Part shown: positions 39,401 to 53,560 of the stretch, in pieces
Position numbering within the stretch: the stretch's first letter is position 1
How the letters are laid out: each line of letters opens with the position of its first letter
NCBI RefSeq assembly: GCF_001194135.2
Contig: NC_068993.1
Location: 49,681,597-49,745,503 of the forward strand
Direction of reading: 5' to 3'
Length of the DNA: 63,907 bases
Origin: Octopus bimaculoides
Lineage: Eukaryota
Notes under the pieces: model-generated
Database searches by the model: none
What the model was told of the DNA's origin: nothing
What the model saw: only the letters and a program-made list of their open reading frames with translations
Translations under genes and position numbers: made by a program

Positions 39401-40419
39401 TCTTGTGTAAGACAGTTCAGTATTCTCTGTAAATANNNNNNNNNNNNNNNNNNNNNNNNNNNNNNNNNNNNNNNNNNNNNNNNNNNNNNNNNNNNNNNNN
39501 NNNNNNNNNNNNNNNNNNNNNNNNNNNNNNNNNNNNNNNNNNNNNNNNNNNNNNNNNNNNNNNNNNNNNNNNNNNNNNNNNNNNNNNNNNNNNNNNNNNN
39601 NNNNNNNNNNNNNNNNNNNNNNNNNNNNNNNNNNNNNNNNNNNNNNNNNNNNNNNNNNNNNNNNNNNNNNNNNNNNNNNNNNNNNNNNNNNNNNNNNNNN
39701 NNNNNNNNNNNNNNNNNNNNNNNNNNNNNNNNNNNNNNNNNNNNNNNNNNNNNNNNNNNTATATATAAATAACAAATGCTAGTCTGAGATTCAATGAAAA
39801 ATACATATTTATCCTTTTTGAACTGGGACTGCAAATAGAAATGACAAATGCAATAAAGTAAAAAAATACATGTATCACGCACATGCACACACACACACAC
39901 ACGTTAGCTCAAAACCTGTTGTGCCCCTTATATAGTTCCTACAATAGGTGTGAGGTTATGGCGCTGGTTTATGTAGTCATGCAGTGAAATATCTTACTAC
40001 AACTGTCAATTTTTGTCTCTGAGCTTAGCCTGAAGCACTGCTTGCCCCATTTTGCCTGACTGACATAAGCATCTTTTCCACTGATACTTCATAGTAGAGT
40101 GGTTAGTGGAAGGAAGGACATCAAGTAAAATCTATTGGTCCAATGATAAAAATTTTAACCAACCGTACTACTAGCATAGGCATAAATCAGCTGTGCATCA
40201 GTGTGTGCATGTATGTGCAGGCAAGCTTGCATGCAGCAACCACATCTCTAGTTACCACATGTAAAAATAAATCACCAAACTTTGCACACTGTGTGTTTTG
40301 AACACTGTTTATAAGTTTTTGTGCTGATCCTGACCAGCGACTATTGAACCTGACCAAATCTTATTCAATGCTTTATCTAAATAGGCTTAGCTGATTTCTA
40401 TACTTTTGGTCTTTTATAT

Positions 40420-40960
<541 letters not shown>

Positions 40961-42654
40961 ACATACATAGAAAGATCGTGGGTGTAGTTAAGTTTTTAGA
41001 CAGGTTCAGTAATTGTTGGTTATTATGAAAGTCAAAAGTAAGGCTAGTAGAGTATTGGAACTTGGTAAAGCTGACCTGAGAGCACTGAGAATCTGTGAAA
41101 TCTAGTTAAGAAGATAACGTACACAGATATATTATTAAAGTAAAGCGATCTAAGTCTTATCAGAGAGTGGCATATGTGCAATAATTCATATAGAGGTTTA
41201 GCTAAGTACTGCATTTTCTGTGGAAATATGCAGGTGCACGCTTCATAAGATATCTATATGTATATGTGCATGTATGTTTGTGTGTGTGTGTGTGTGTGTT
41301 TGTGTTCGTGCATGTGTGTGAGTCAGTTTTTATACAGGTGAATATCTACATCTATTAATTTATTAAAGTGTGTACATTGACATGTATACACACACACACG
41401 TGTGTGCGTGTGCATGAATGCATGGTGTGCTATTTAAAGTAGAAGCGTGTGTTGATGCATACAGAAGTTCTTGCATCAATATGTATTGATAGAAGCACTT
41501 GCATCAGAGAGACTGAGAGAGAGAGGGTGTGAGAGATGTATGTGCAGACATTTTAAGTATGTTACTGTATGTGTACTTCATATGTAAATGTGTATGTCTT
41601 GATTCCCTTAGTATCATGTATAAACATACCAATCAGTATTAGTGCATGCTTGTCCATTGATGTGAGTGTGTGTTTGTGTGTGTGAGTGCATGTGCATGTG
41701 AGTGTGTGTGTGTGTACATGCATGTGCTTGCATGCATATTAATTCATATAGAGGCATGCTGTTCATATATCAATTTCTTCAATTTCTATGAAGATGTGTA
41801 TATGTATAAACATTGATTTACTGTTCATGTGTGCATATGTGTGTGTCTACATCTGTGTCATCTGTTCAAATGGTACTACATATAAATTTATGTCCATGCA
41901 TGTTGATTCACGTGTGTGTGTGTGTGTGTGTGTGTATAAAGTATATTTTATACGCATATATATATATATGTATATATCTATGCACATGTATATATCTATG
42001 TATACATATGTATTTGTATTTCATGTGTGTGCATGTGCATATATATGCATGTGCATGCATATTAATGTGTCCTTGCATGTTGATGTGTATATTTGAGTAT
42101 ATGTCTTGTTATTCATCTATATACATATTTATTTATTTATTTATTTATTTATTTATGTGTTTCAGCCAAGTGGCTGCGGTCATGCTGGTGCACCATGCAT
42201 GTGAAATGTGTACAGTATGTGTATACACATACACATATTTTGATATAAATGTATAGTTTTGGATAGAGGTATGTGTGTATGCTGTTTGCTCTATGCTATT
42301 TGTGCATACACATATGAAATCGAAGCAATGTGTTCTGTGTTTGTGTATTTATGTGTGTGTGTGTGTGTGTGTGCGTGTGTATGGGGATGTGTATGCTTGT
42401 GCAGTGTTCTGTGCATTTGTAGTGGCACATAACCATTTGAATTTCTACAGGAAAAGAAGCGTGTGTATTAATTTACTTAGATTTGTGTGTGTATATGAGA
42501 TTCGCTGTGTCTGCGCATGTGATTGTGTGTGTGTGTTGGAAGTGAGGAAAGATTCAAATCTCCAAATTAGACACCAAAACCATTGTCAAATTTGTATAAA
42601 ATGCCTTTTTTTTTTTTTTTGCAAAACAACTTTCCAATGATGGAATTTTTCTGA

Positions 42655-43304
42655 ACATTATTATTATTATTATTGCTATTGTTATTATTATTATTATCAT
42701 TATTATTATTATTGCTATTGTTATTATTATTATTATTATTGTTGTTCCTCTCGTTTGCATTCACTCTTTGACTATGTCATCGCGTTGGTAACTGCCGAGT
42801 GCAATCAGGTGACTTTTTCTTCTGTTTCATATAAATCTTCAGCAATTACCATCTACTTCTGTCTCTTGTTACATTTTTCACCCCCTTTCCNNNNNNNNNN
42901 CCACCTTTCTCCTCTTAACTATTAAATATCTTACACTTTTTCCACTGTTCTTTCGGTTTCTTCATTTCTTCGTTTGTTTTTGTTTTTGTTTTGTCTTTTG
43001 TTTTCTGAGTCGAATTACAATTGTTGTTGTTGTTGTTGTTATTATTCTTGTTGTTGTTGTTGTTATTACTCTTGTTGTTGTTGTTATTCTCATTCACTGG
43101 ATTATCGTTTCATTTTGTTTTTGTTTCATTTTTATCCTTTCCTCGATACACTAAAACTCTCTCTCTCACACATCTACCTCTCTCTCTCTCTCTCTCTCTC
43201 ACACACATCTACCTCTCTCTCTCACACATCTACCTCTCTCTCTCTCTCTCTCTCTCACACATCTACCTCTCTCTCTCACACATCTACCTCTCTCTCTCTC
43301 TCTC
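42655..43304. repeat. (TTA)n/(TTG)n repeats and a compound VNTR of [(CT)n-CACACATCTAC] x5
   Basis: CACATCTACC recurs five times in 43165-43290, separated by (CT)n runs of variable length; 10-N gap at 42891-42900. Confidence 0.9.
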
Positions 43305-43985
43305 CTTGCCTCAATTGCCTTCCCTTTTCCTTCCTCCTCATCCCCCCACTCACACACTTTTAAATTCTTTTACCCTTCATTCCTTCTTTCTTTCCTCCCT
43401 GCTTTTCTCCTCCTGTTATTTCCTTTCTCTTTTCTCATTCCCCATTTTCCTTCCTCTTTCCATATCCTACCTTTACCCCCTCCTTCTTTGCCTTCCTCAT
43501 CCCCTTTCTTATTTCCTTAACCTCTTTTCCCCCTTCACTCCCTGTCCCCTTCTTCCTTCTCCATCCACTTTATCACCCACCCCAGTATATATACGAAAAT
43601 ATGAATAATTATTCTTTTAATTTAGAAACATATTCAAAAGTTCTAATTCATTCACTGGAGGCAAATTTTTGAAGAAGCTTAATTAAAGACTTTTCTATCA
43701 GTTATTCCAGTATTCCACCCCCTCCTCCCTCACTATTTCCTTACATGCATACAGTCTGTGTGTGTGTGTGTGTGTGTGTATTTTATATGTGTATTATATT
43801 ATTTATTACATACACAAATACACACACACAAATACACATATTTGTGCAACATTACTGTAATCCATGGGAATGTATTTCTGTCTATGGGGGTACTAGTGAG
43901 AAATGTTGACAAAGAGCTAAGTACACTCACTCTCCTTCACTTTCTCTCTCACACACTTTCTGTCTCCGCTCTCTCTCACACACTT

Positions 43986-44019
<34 letters not shown>

Positions 44020-47000
44020 TACTTAACCACCTGGCAGCTTCCGAAAAATTAGTTAAGTTCTCGATGCATCACCATTAAGAATTGCTGTCTTCCATTGTTC
44101 TCAGCTATTGCATTTGTCATCTAACCATCTTAATATTTTATTCAGTTTTTAAATTTTTAAATCAAAAATGCAGTACATTATCCAACTGTATCACTTGACA
44201 CATTAGAATGTATTATGTATGTAGTTAGCTGGCAGTTATTGTGAGCAAGGTGGTTTCCAATGTACATCAAAGTTAAGTTCAATGATGTGTTCTCTTAAGT
44301 AAAAATATTCTTAGCAGTAAGAGATTAATTGATATACTAGAGAGTCTTTTCTATTTAGTTAATTCATGTTTGTTTGTTGGTTTTTTTAATTTTGTTTCTT
44401 ACTTACCCATTTATTCTGTTAAAATTTATTTTTCCTTTCACTTTAATGTTTTCAACTTATTTTGTATTATAAGAACCTTAAGTAAGTTTCTCAGTTCTGA
44501 TTATCAATGTCAATGAACTGACGTCAAAGAACAAAATAAATTAACACATATGCACACATGTGGACATACCCATGCACACACACACACATACACACACACT
44601 GTGTGTACATATCTGTACATGTGTTTTAGTTCACCTCTGTAGATAATGCCTTTTATAAAAGAATGAATTTCATGACTTCCCAATATCATCTATCATCAAC
44701 ATGCTATCGATGCCTGTCATTCATAATAGGCCTAAGCTATCAGTTGATCATTGAAATAACAAATGCTAATGTTGGTTTCTTACTTTATTTAACTCAAAGC
44801 CCCTAATTGTATAGATATGGTGTTATTGAATGAATCACCCGTCATACATTACTGGTACTGATGTGATTTATTCTTGATAGAACATGGTTCACACAGGCAT
44901 GATTTGAACTTGGAAATGAGATTGATCAAAATCACACTCTGAGAGACATTTAAACTACTGTTATTCTTCTACCTTTGTGATAAATAAAATTACAAAAGTT
45001 AAAAACAGATAGAATTATAAAAGATGAATAGCTTAACGAGTCATGTGGATGTCAACCAATTCTCCAATCAAAACCAAATATTTTAATGAAGGAATACATT
45101 GGATAATATGGTTTTATATATATATTATAGCTGAGTAAAAGACAGGTTGGTCATGATTGGAATATCTCTGAGCATAAATCTGGCCTGGGTCTAAATAATA
45201 TCAAATATTTTCATGAGTCCATTCTTCCACCCCCACCCCCCTCACACCTCACACCTCTTGGCTCTATATTGCCATACTCTATTCTGCTTGTGTGCCAAGT
45301 TCCACTGTGTGAAATTCTAACCAAACCAAGTCTTCAACCAATTTTTTCACATTGATCAGTGATGACCATTATTACAATGTTCCAGCACTGATGATAACGA
45401 CAGATCTATTGATAATAACATTGCATCATGGAAAAATTTTGAAATCTCAAAGCCTCTTTTAAATTCACGTCTGCCATAGAACTCTTGGATCAAATGAGAC
45501 TAAATATTTTATTGACTCCTATATGCATATCTGAACTTAATATGCAAGCTTACCAAAGACTCCTCACTTCTACAGTTTTTTCCCTGGTTATAGTGAAGAA
45601 ACTTTCCATCTTGTGGCTCCTTCTTGTAGATATAAAGGCTTGGCCACGGAGATCCAAAGTTCTATTGTTTTTAGATGGTTTAATCAGAAGAAAAGGACAA
45701 TACCTATAGTATCTGTTGGTTCTCTGATACAAAGATTGATACACTTGATGTTCAAGTATTTCAACTGTGGATGAAGCACAGATATTATCCACAATTCTTT
45801 AGAACCCAATTATTTACAGCATTCATTATAGAGAAACAAATACAAACTACATATGTGCATTGTTTCATCTCCTCTGTACATCATAAATAATTTATTCTTC
45901 ATATATTGGAAGCCCTTGAATATCATATTATTTGCTTATTTCCACCCCACCAACCCTTTTTAATATTTGGTTCTTGTCATCATTGTCAATGTTGTAGTTG
46001 GCAATGGCTCAATTTCAGCCTCTTCTCTATATGTTGTTTGCACTAAAAATAATTTTTATCTCCATATAAAAGAGGAGCTGCTGATCCGTGATAACCTTGA
46101 TTCATGTCAGATGGCTATTTCTTACTTATGGAAACTGAGTTTTCTATCTTTCAGTTCATTCATCATTATGTTTGATAGACACACCCTCGCCATAGCGTAT
46201 CACACACTAGGATCATTTGATCTGTAAATCAATATGGAAATTTCACAGAAAAATCTCTTCTCAGAACAGTGAAAATTGTTGTTGTTCAGGATTTTCTATT
46301 TAGTTGTTTTTTTTTTTATCATTACAGTGATACTAATTTGTTCTTAAATTACATAATGATCATTATCTCTTGGGAGAATTAAATTCCTACTTTTGTTGTT
46401 GCAGATATTGTTTTGTATATGCCATCATCAATAAATTTAAGTCAATAAAGGAACGTTAACATGGTCACTGAATCTGCTAAAAATAGCTGTTAAATCTCCC
46501 ACAAATCGCACCCTGCTGTCTTTTTAAAAATTGCTCTTAACTCTGACTAGAAGATCATTGATCATAGGCCTTCTTGATCATGGCTGACTTAGAATTAACC
46601 GACATCAATAGCTATAACAAGCATTATATTGGTCAGACAGTATTTGTTTGTGAAGGGCTTGAAAAGCTGATTAAGGAAATTAGTACAATGTATGAATAAA
46701 TACTATAGAAAGTGAAATACTATAGGTATTATCTAACATACTATAGCAGATAGAAATGGGAATACTATAAATAATATATAATAAAAGATTCTTTTGAAAG
46801 AATGTTTCTGGCTTATTCATAACACTTCATGGGCCTCACTACAACTACCGGTTCACATATCTGTCAGTTACCCCTTTTGCTTCTTCTATTGCTACTACAA
46901 CAACCTATACTCTTTTGAAGTCGCTAGCTGCATATCTTCTCCACCCAGATCTATATTCATCTCCTACATCTCTCCTCCTCTTGTTGGGTTTCACCTTAGT

Positions 47001-47124
47001 CTTTCATCCTCAGAACTGCAACCTTCTCAAATTTTTTCTTCAACCCATGTGTTGTAAGTATTAACTTGTAAGCATTAACTTACAAATATTAAAATTAGTC
47101 ATCAACCACATTAATTTCATCAGT

Positions 47125-47290
47125 GTGGAAATCATCATCATCATCATCATCATTTAACGTCCGTTTTCTATGCTGGCATGGGTTGGACAGCTTGACAGGA
47201 GCTGGCAAGCCAGAGAACAGCACCAAGCTCCACTGTCTGTTTTGGCATGGTTTTTATGGCTGGTTACCCTTTCTAATGCCAACCCCTTTC
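47125..47290 (-). mobile_element. RTE 3' tail fragment
   Basis: (ATC)n-ATTTAACGTCCGTTTTCTATGCTGGCATGGGTTGGACAG; same family as 36225. Confidence 0.8.
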
Positions 47291-48015
47291 AGAGGTCATA
47301 TGTGAAAATGTTTCAAATAAAAAGTTGAATTGTGTAAGGAGGTTTATTTACTTTCCAGTGGTTAATTCATGGAGAAAAGATATATTCCCTTTCTTATTTG
47401 TGTACGTATTTAAGATATCCACTTAAAACAAGGAGAAAAAATTGCAACAAATGATTTTTTTCTTTGATGAAGCAGTAAGATTATTTCAAAAATGAGATTA
47501 AGCTGTGTATAATTGTAGTTGAAATGAAATGATTGAATGAATAATGCTGTAGAGCATCAACTCACAGAGAAAGCAAAACTTGTCAAATAAATATTGAACC
47601 AAACAACTGGGCTGGATAGAGGTATCCAACGTATGGTAGACCTAACATTAGGTACTTGACTTAATACACCTGGGTCCCTGGGTAATTTTAGAAAAATTCT
47701 GTCTACTGCAAGCAATTACACCAGACCCTAGGTTCCCTACCCATTTACATTTTCCCCTGTAGACATCAAATCGCAGACTAGGCATCATCAGCTTCCTTAA
47801 TTCTATCAATCTATGAAGTCTGCAGAGTTTGTAAGCACTGCATGTCTTCATCATAATTGTATCTGGATGGTTATTGTTTTTTATTATTGCTAACATTGCC
47901 ATGTGGTATTCATTTAGGCTCTTTAAGCACTGAGTCTAAATACCACCACAGTCAAGTTTACTTTCATCTTTTTAGGGTTAATAAATAAAGTACTAGTTCT
48001 GCACTGGAGCTGACT

Positions 48016-48094
<79 letters not shown>

Positions 48095-48099
48095 AAGAA

Positions 48100-49085
48100 A
48101 TCTGTTCTTGTCAGACCTGGAGAAGCATGAGCTTCACCAAGTTTAAAAGCATCCAAGGCATACATACCGCTTTGTCGCACCAATCCTGATTTTGTGGTCA
48201 TTAACCTTTCCGTTACTGTATTTATTTTGGGGTGCTTTCTGTTTCTTTCAATTAATTTTACATATAACAAAGGATTTTGTAAAATAACTTAGTTATCATT
48301 AAGCTAGTGTTAGGGACATAAATTGTGACTCGAGTTTAGTGGAAGATTTTAATTCAAAACTAATGAAAAGACATTTGTACTACAGAGCTGGTTTCAGCCT
48401 GGTTGGTATCAAAAGGGTTAAGGATACTAAGAGTAGATGAATAGCCATACTAGTTATGCACCAAAGAGCAATCAGTGAGGTATAAAAGTTAGCAGTGAAT
48501 GATGTGATGAATTTAGCACACAAGTCGGGGTACATCAAAACTCTTTTTTCAGCTCTCTTCTATTTTTTTATAGCATTGAAAGTCATATCAGAGGAATTCA
48601 AGCTTCGCTGCCCTGGGAACTCCTGTATGCTGACAACTCAGTTCATATTGCAGGGTCTGTAAAGGAATGAAATAAGAAATTCCAGATATGATTGCAAAAC
48701 CTGTAACTGAAGAGCCTTAAAATAAACTTAACAAAAACAAAAATTTCTCCAAGTAGGAAGGAAGACAGACCCCTTATTGCCTAAGGAAAATAACTGTACT
48801 CTATTTGCAAGAAAGGCATTAGTCAAAATTCTATGTGTGCCTAGTGTAAACGCATAGAAATGGTGTGATATTACAGGCAAACTATCAGGAGGTGCACCAG
48901 AGAAATAAGTAATAAGGACATTCAGGAAATAAATGCTCTCAAATATCCAGATGCCTCTTGAGAAATAGTTGATTGCTTTTCTTACTTCGGTGACCTGATT
49001 AGCAAGATGCATTCCTCTGACCCACTGGATGCTGTCAAACTCTCCAACCCATGCCAGCATGGAAAACGGATGTAAAATCATGATG
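48100..49085 (+). mobile_element. Internally deleted RTE LINE (RT fragment plus 3' tail), interrupted by a MITE
   Basis: LILWS|LRILRVDE*, DEFSTQVGVHQ..FSSLLF..KVISEEFK..CP(W)ELLYAD with frameshifts, EIVDCFSYFGDLIS, then the tail CCAACCCATGCCAGCATGGAAAACGGATG. Confidence 0.85.
48201..48421. mobile_element. piggyBac-type non-autonomous element with TTAA target-site duplication
   Basis: TTAA (48201-48204) CCTTTCCGTTAC ... GGTATCAAAAGGG TTAA (48418-48421); removing it restores the LINE reading frame. Confidence 0.8.
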
Positions 49086-49201
49086 TGCACTTATAAATGA
49101 TATAAGTCTAGCTGATGCAGATCACCACTTGTCTCCTTGGATTCTGTTTTACCTCATATAAATACATACATGTATATGTGTTTGTATATACACACACACC
49201 T

Positions 49202-49267
<66 letters not shown>

Positions 49268-50539
49268 TACTTATATATGTCTGCACTCACATGTGCTCAG
49301 AGAAAGAGAGAGCGAGGGTGAGAGAGATTTTGTTCATATAATGGTTACAAAGCACCATTTTATTTCCTGATAGTATCTCTGAAGTGTATTTCAAATGTAC
49401 AAATAGCCTGATAGTGTTCATTCTATCAACATATCACAGCAATGATGTGCTGGGTTTGTAGGCTTGACTCTAGATACATCTTGTATAAACTCTTACACTA
49501 TGCATTACATGCAAAAGAAAAACATGGATTATTTTATTTCATATTTTTTATTATTAATATTTATTCATTTTTACTATCTTTACATAAAATATCTTCAGTA
49601 AATGCAACTTTTTCCCTCCTTTTTTTGCCAGAGAAAAAAAATCTCCTGTAATCCATTTGGAGACCAATAGATGTTAGTAAATTCTAAGCATGTCAATTCT
49701 TTTTCATTTATAAAACATCTGACTAAGCTCCATTTCTGCACATGAAAGCGCATACATACATACATACATACATACATACATACACAGACACATCCATACA
49801 AACATACAAATACAGACACATACATACATACATACATGCATGAAAATACAGGAACGTACACACATACATGCATATATGCTAAAATACATATGTATACAAA
49901 TGATAGAGACGATAAAAAAAGGGGAAAGAAAATACATTTAGGTGTGAACCTGTTAACTTATATTGATTTGGGATATGGTGACAAAGAGTTAATGTTCATA
50001 TTTTCTGAAAGAAGAAAAAAGGAAGAAAAAGCCAAAAATAGGTAAAAATACCTTTTTGACATCTTCCTTGGATGAAATATGTGTGACATCTTGTCATCTC
50101 TTATGTTTGCTTCTGACGAAGGCTCACTGTACACGATATGTATTGATATCTGCACATCGGAGAGCTGTTTGTCATGGCTATGCTGGACGTTGGTGTTCTT
50201 CTAGATAATGCATTGTTAATGCATATGCATTAATGTATGCTAGCTACTTGTTACTTACAGCTGTGCTGCCATCTATGATGGCTAACCTTTTGGATTCATA
50301 GTTGTGGCAGGTTAGGGCTGTTGTATCCCCCTAAGTGTATCTGAATCTTTCACACTCATTTCTCATACAAATATCTCTTGGGTATTAGTGTGTGCTAAAT
50401 ATTCTTCCTTTCCTCGCTTTCTCTCTGCCCCACACATATTTTCTTTTCATATAAATACACATTATACACACCCACACACGTGTGCATGTGTGTGTCTGTA
50501 TGGGTGTATAAATATTCAGAAGAGTTTGTGTTTGAATGG

Positions 50540-50802
50540 ATACATATAAATACATATTACATGTATGTATGTATGTGTGCGTATGTGTGTTTATTTACAC
50601 TGCACGCATATGAGTGTGTGTATACACACAAGTATATGTGTATATAGATACACAAATACCCATGTACACATATATGAATATACTCGTATATATATATATA
50701 TATACACACACATACACACACACACACATACACACACACACATACACACACATATATATAAGTACATATGTATAAATACATATATATACACATGCAAACA
50801 TG

Positions 50803-50836
<34 letters not shown>

Positions 50837-50839
50837 TAC

Positions 50840-50883
<44 letters not shown>

Positions 50884-50988
50884 GTATGTGAGTGTATATA
50901 TATATGTGTGTGTATGTGTATATATATATGTCCCACCCATGCTAGCATGGAAGGCGGATGTTAAATGGTGATGATGATGATATATATG

Positions 50989-51080
<92 letters not shown>

Positions 51081-51110
51081 TATATATATATATATATATA
51101 TGCATATGCA
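50540..51110. repeat. (TA)n/(CA)n microsatellite block containing a short RTE tail (50930-50980)
   Basis: Direct reading. Confidence 0.9.
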
Positions 51111-53119
51111 AGTGCATAAATACATCCACATAATAATTTGTCCTCTGCTCCTTCATTTTCTCTCTTCTGTGTCTTACTGCTACATGTACTTACACATATC
51201 TGCTGCCAATGTAAGCAAGACAAATGTATGCCCTAACTCATCTGTGCATTTTTCATTTCTACATACATATGTGCACATGCACACTCACACACTTGAAAGC
51301 TATCAATAGCAAAATAAATACACCAACCTACTTGCTGGTTATCAACAAATGCATGCTGCTTTATGCACATATGCACACAATACGCAATCATTAACAGCAT
51401 CGTCCACATAAGGACTCTTGCATATACAACAGCTATCAGCTGGGCACGCTGGTTATCAATGCTAAGAGATTTTTCCGCTCATTTTACTGCAGCATATGCA
51501 CTCACATGCACGCACTTTTCTCTCTGCGTTTGCTTTCAGTTGATCTCTGTGTAGAATCCATTATTCCTTGTGTGGCCTCTCTTTCTATCAGTGGCACTCG
51601 TCTCCAGTAACAGCAGCATTGATGCAAAGACATCCTGTCTCTGTTCAGCTTGATGCACCATATTAGCTAGCCGACCAGATAACTGATTTTTAATGTGTTC
51701 TGTATTATTTTACCAATTCTCTGATTTATTATTGATTATATCAGACAAGTGCTGAACTTTGCTGTAGACGACCTCTGACAATGTTTAATTGTCCCCAGTT
51801 GATAAAGACTGCATTAATCTTTGGCATTTCATATTCTGTATTGATTTGATTGTGTACGTACGTATGTATGTGTGTGTGTGTGTGTATGTTGTGTAAGCTT
51901 GTGTGATCATCATAATAATCAGCATATGTGTGATTCTTCTTTATTTTCTTTTTATAGTAGTGTACTCACTGTTTGATGTAACCAAACAGTATTATGGTGT
52001 TGGATGAGTATGACTGCGGTTCTACAACACCTCCTCCTTGTCTTTGTGATATAGCTTTATTGATTAAGATATCTGCTAGCATTCTTCTTCTCCCTTTTTT
52101 TTTTGTTTTTGTTTTTTGGGACTCTTTAGGGATTTCTTGTTATTTTCTTTCTTTCTTGTTGTACAGTTTGTGTCTATAAAAGAAATACATGTCCAAATCT
52201 TGGAAAGGTCATAACTAGAATGATGCATATTGTTGTTGTTATTATTTTTTCTTTTTTTTAAAGACACAAAATAGTTGTTTGGCTTTCAGTGGAAAATCTT
52301 AGCTTTCTCATCACATGTTATATATTGCAATTTAAAAATGAAGAGTAGGATTTTCTTGGATTATACCAAAAGAAGAGCAAGTCCAGGAATTAGATGCTCC
52401 ATTAAGTCCTGATTTAGCCCAGCTGTGTGAGGAGGAATTTATGGAATAATCTTGCTGAGTGGTTTAACAGAATAATTCACATAACGGGAAATTAATGATA
52501 TCTTCTGAAAAAAAAAAAGAAAAGGAAATAAAAAATATTAGCTGGGGATAAAAAAAATATTGTTCTTTTTAGTTTGCTACCAGTGTCTACAAAACTAAAA
52601 GGAACCCCATTTTGTATGTATTTATATAAATAGGTATTGCTTTATTGTGAAAACATTCTATTTTGCTGCTGTCGGAACTATTTCCATTGGAAAATATATA
52701 ATATATACATTTGTTTTTAATACATTAATTAATAATATCATGATATTGTACAATTAGTGGAGTTCAAAGAAAAAAAAAGGAACTAGAAAATCTAAATTAA
52801 GATTAAAAACTAATTAAATTAACTTTGGCGGAAAAAAGACAAAAAAAAATCTATGAAATTCTGACAAGACTCTTCACCTTCAAGTTTCTTCTATCTAATA
52901 TCGATTCTATATTTATATAGGTGTAAGACCTCAGAGTCGTCTGAGAGACAAAATGAGAATGTGACTGCCATGCATTTCTGAAGGATATTTTCACATTGTC
53001 AGTGGTGTAGAATATCTACAACTGTGAATCAAAGCTTGATTGGAGATAGTGCTCTAATTATAACAGAAAGTGATGTTGGCAACAAGTGACAAATAATTGG
53101 TAGGTGGGGGTGAGGTTTA

Positions 53120-53275
53120 GTAGAAACAATCAACCCCCAGCAAATGACTGTTTTTTATTTTTTTTGTTTCATTCACTCAGGATGAAAAGTAAATTCTACC
53201 TTAGCAGGATTTGAACTCATAATATAAGAGATGGAATAAATGCACAAGGCATTTTAGTTGACACTGTAACAATCC
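53120..53275 (-). mobile_element. Family B SINE, diverged
   Basis: GGATGAAAAGTAAATTCTACCTTAGCAGGATTTGAACTCA is the reverse complement of box B plus the Meta-like domain. Confidence 0.55.
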
Positions 53276-53364
53276 AACACATCTGTTGGTAATAATAGTG
53301 TGATGATGGTCTTGGCAGTGGTGTGCTATAAAGATATCCTGGCAGTTTTAATGACTATTCTGTT

Positions 53365-53560
53365 CTTGTTTAGTACCAGGTAAGTCCTGATCGAGCAGTT
53401 TTATAATCAGGAGCATTCAAATGTTGACTATCCTGCCTTTTATGGGTATGTAAGACTGTATTATCGAATGGTTTCTTCCCTTTTTTAAGATGGTTAGGTG
53501 TGGTCTAAGAGAAATTTGACTGCTATTTCTAGCAGATCGAATAACCAGATAGAGACTTTG
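53365..53560 (+). mobile_element. Unclassified ~200-bp interspersed repeat (family D); orientation arbitrary
   Basis: TTAG..CCAGGT.AG.CC...TGATC...CTATTTCTAGCAG pattern; related copies at ~12660-12780, ~30115-30290, ~37660-37785 and ~57955-58100 (same orientation) and ~45020-45190, ~46470-46610 and ~53975-54150 (reverse). Confidence 0.6.

Noticed and set aside
43160-43300. Repeat-spacer pattern reminiscent of a CRISPR array
   Set aside because: The spacers are just (CT)n of variable length in eukaryotic DNA; it is a compound microsatellite.
44401-44420. 9-nt minus-strand microexon CAG|AATAAATGG|GTAAGT
   Set aside because: The upstream sequence on that strand is purine-rich, with no pyrimidine tract.
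50105-50145. CTGACGAAGGCTC as a hammerhead-ribozyme/Penelope core
   Set aside because: No downstream GAAA and no closing stems; other CTGATGA hits also lack the core.
51520-51615. + strand acceptor TTTGCTTTCAG at 51538 with a 67-nt exon (DLCVESIIPCVASLSISGTRL)
   Set aside because: The only donor is the weak CCA|GTAACA and the exon is not frame-symmetric; kept only as part of a possible regulatory island.
53360-53390. CCAG|GTAAGT as a ratchet point
   Set aside because: It falls at the head of repeat family D (other copies read CCAGGTCAGC), and an upstream AG lies 6 nt away.
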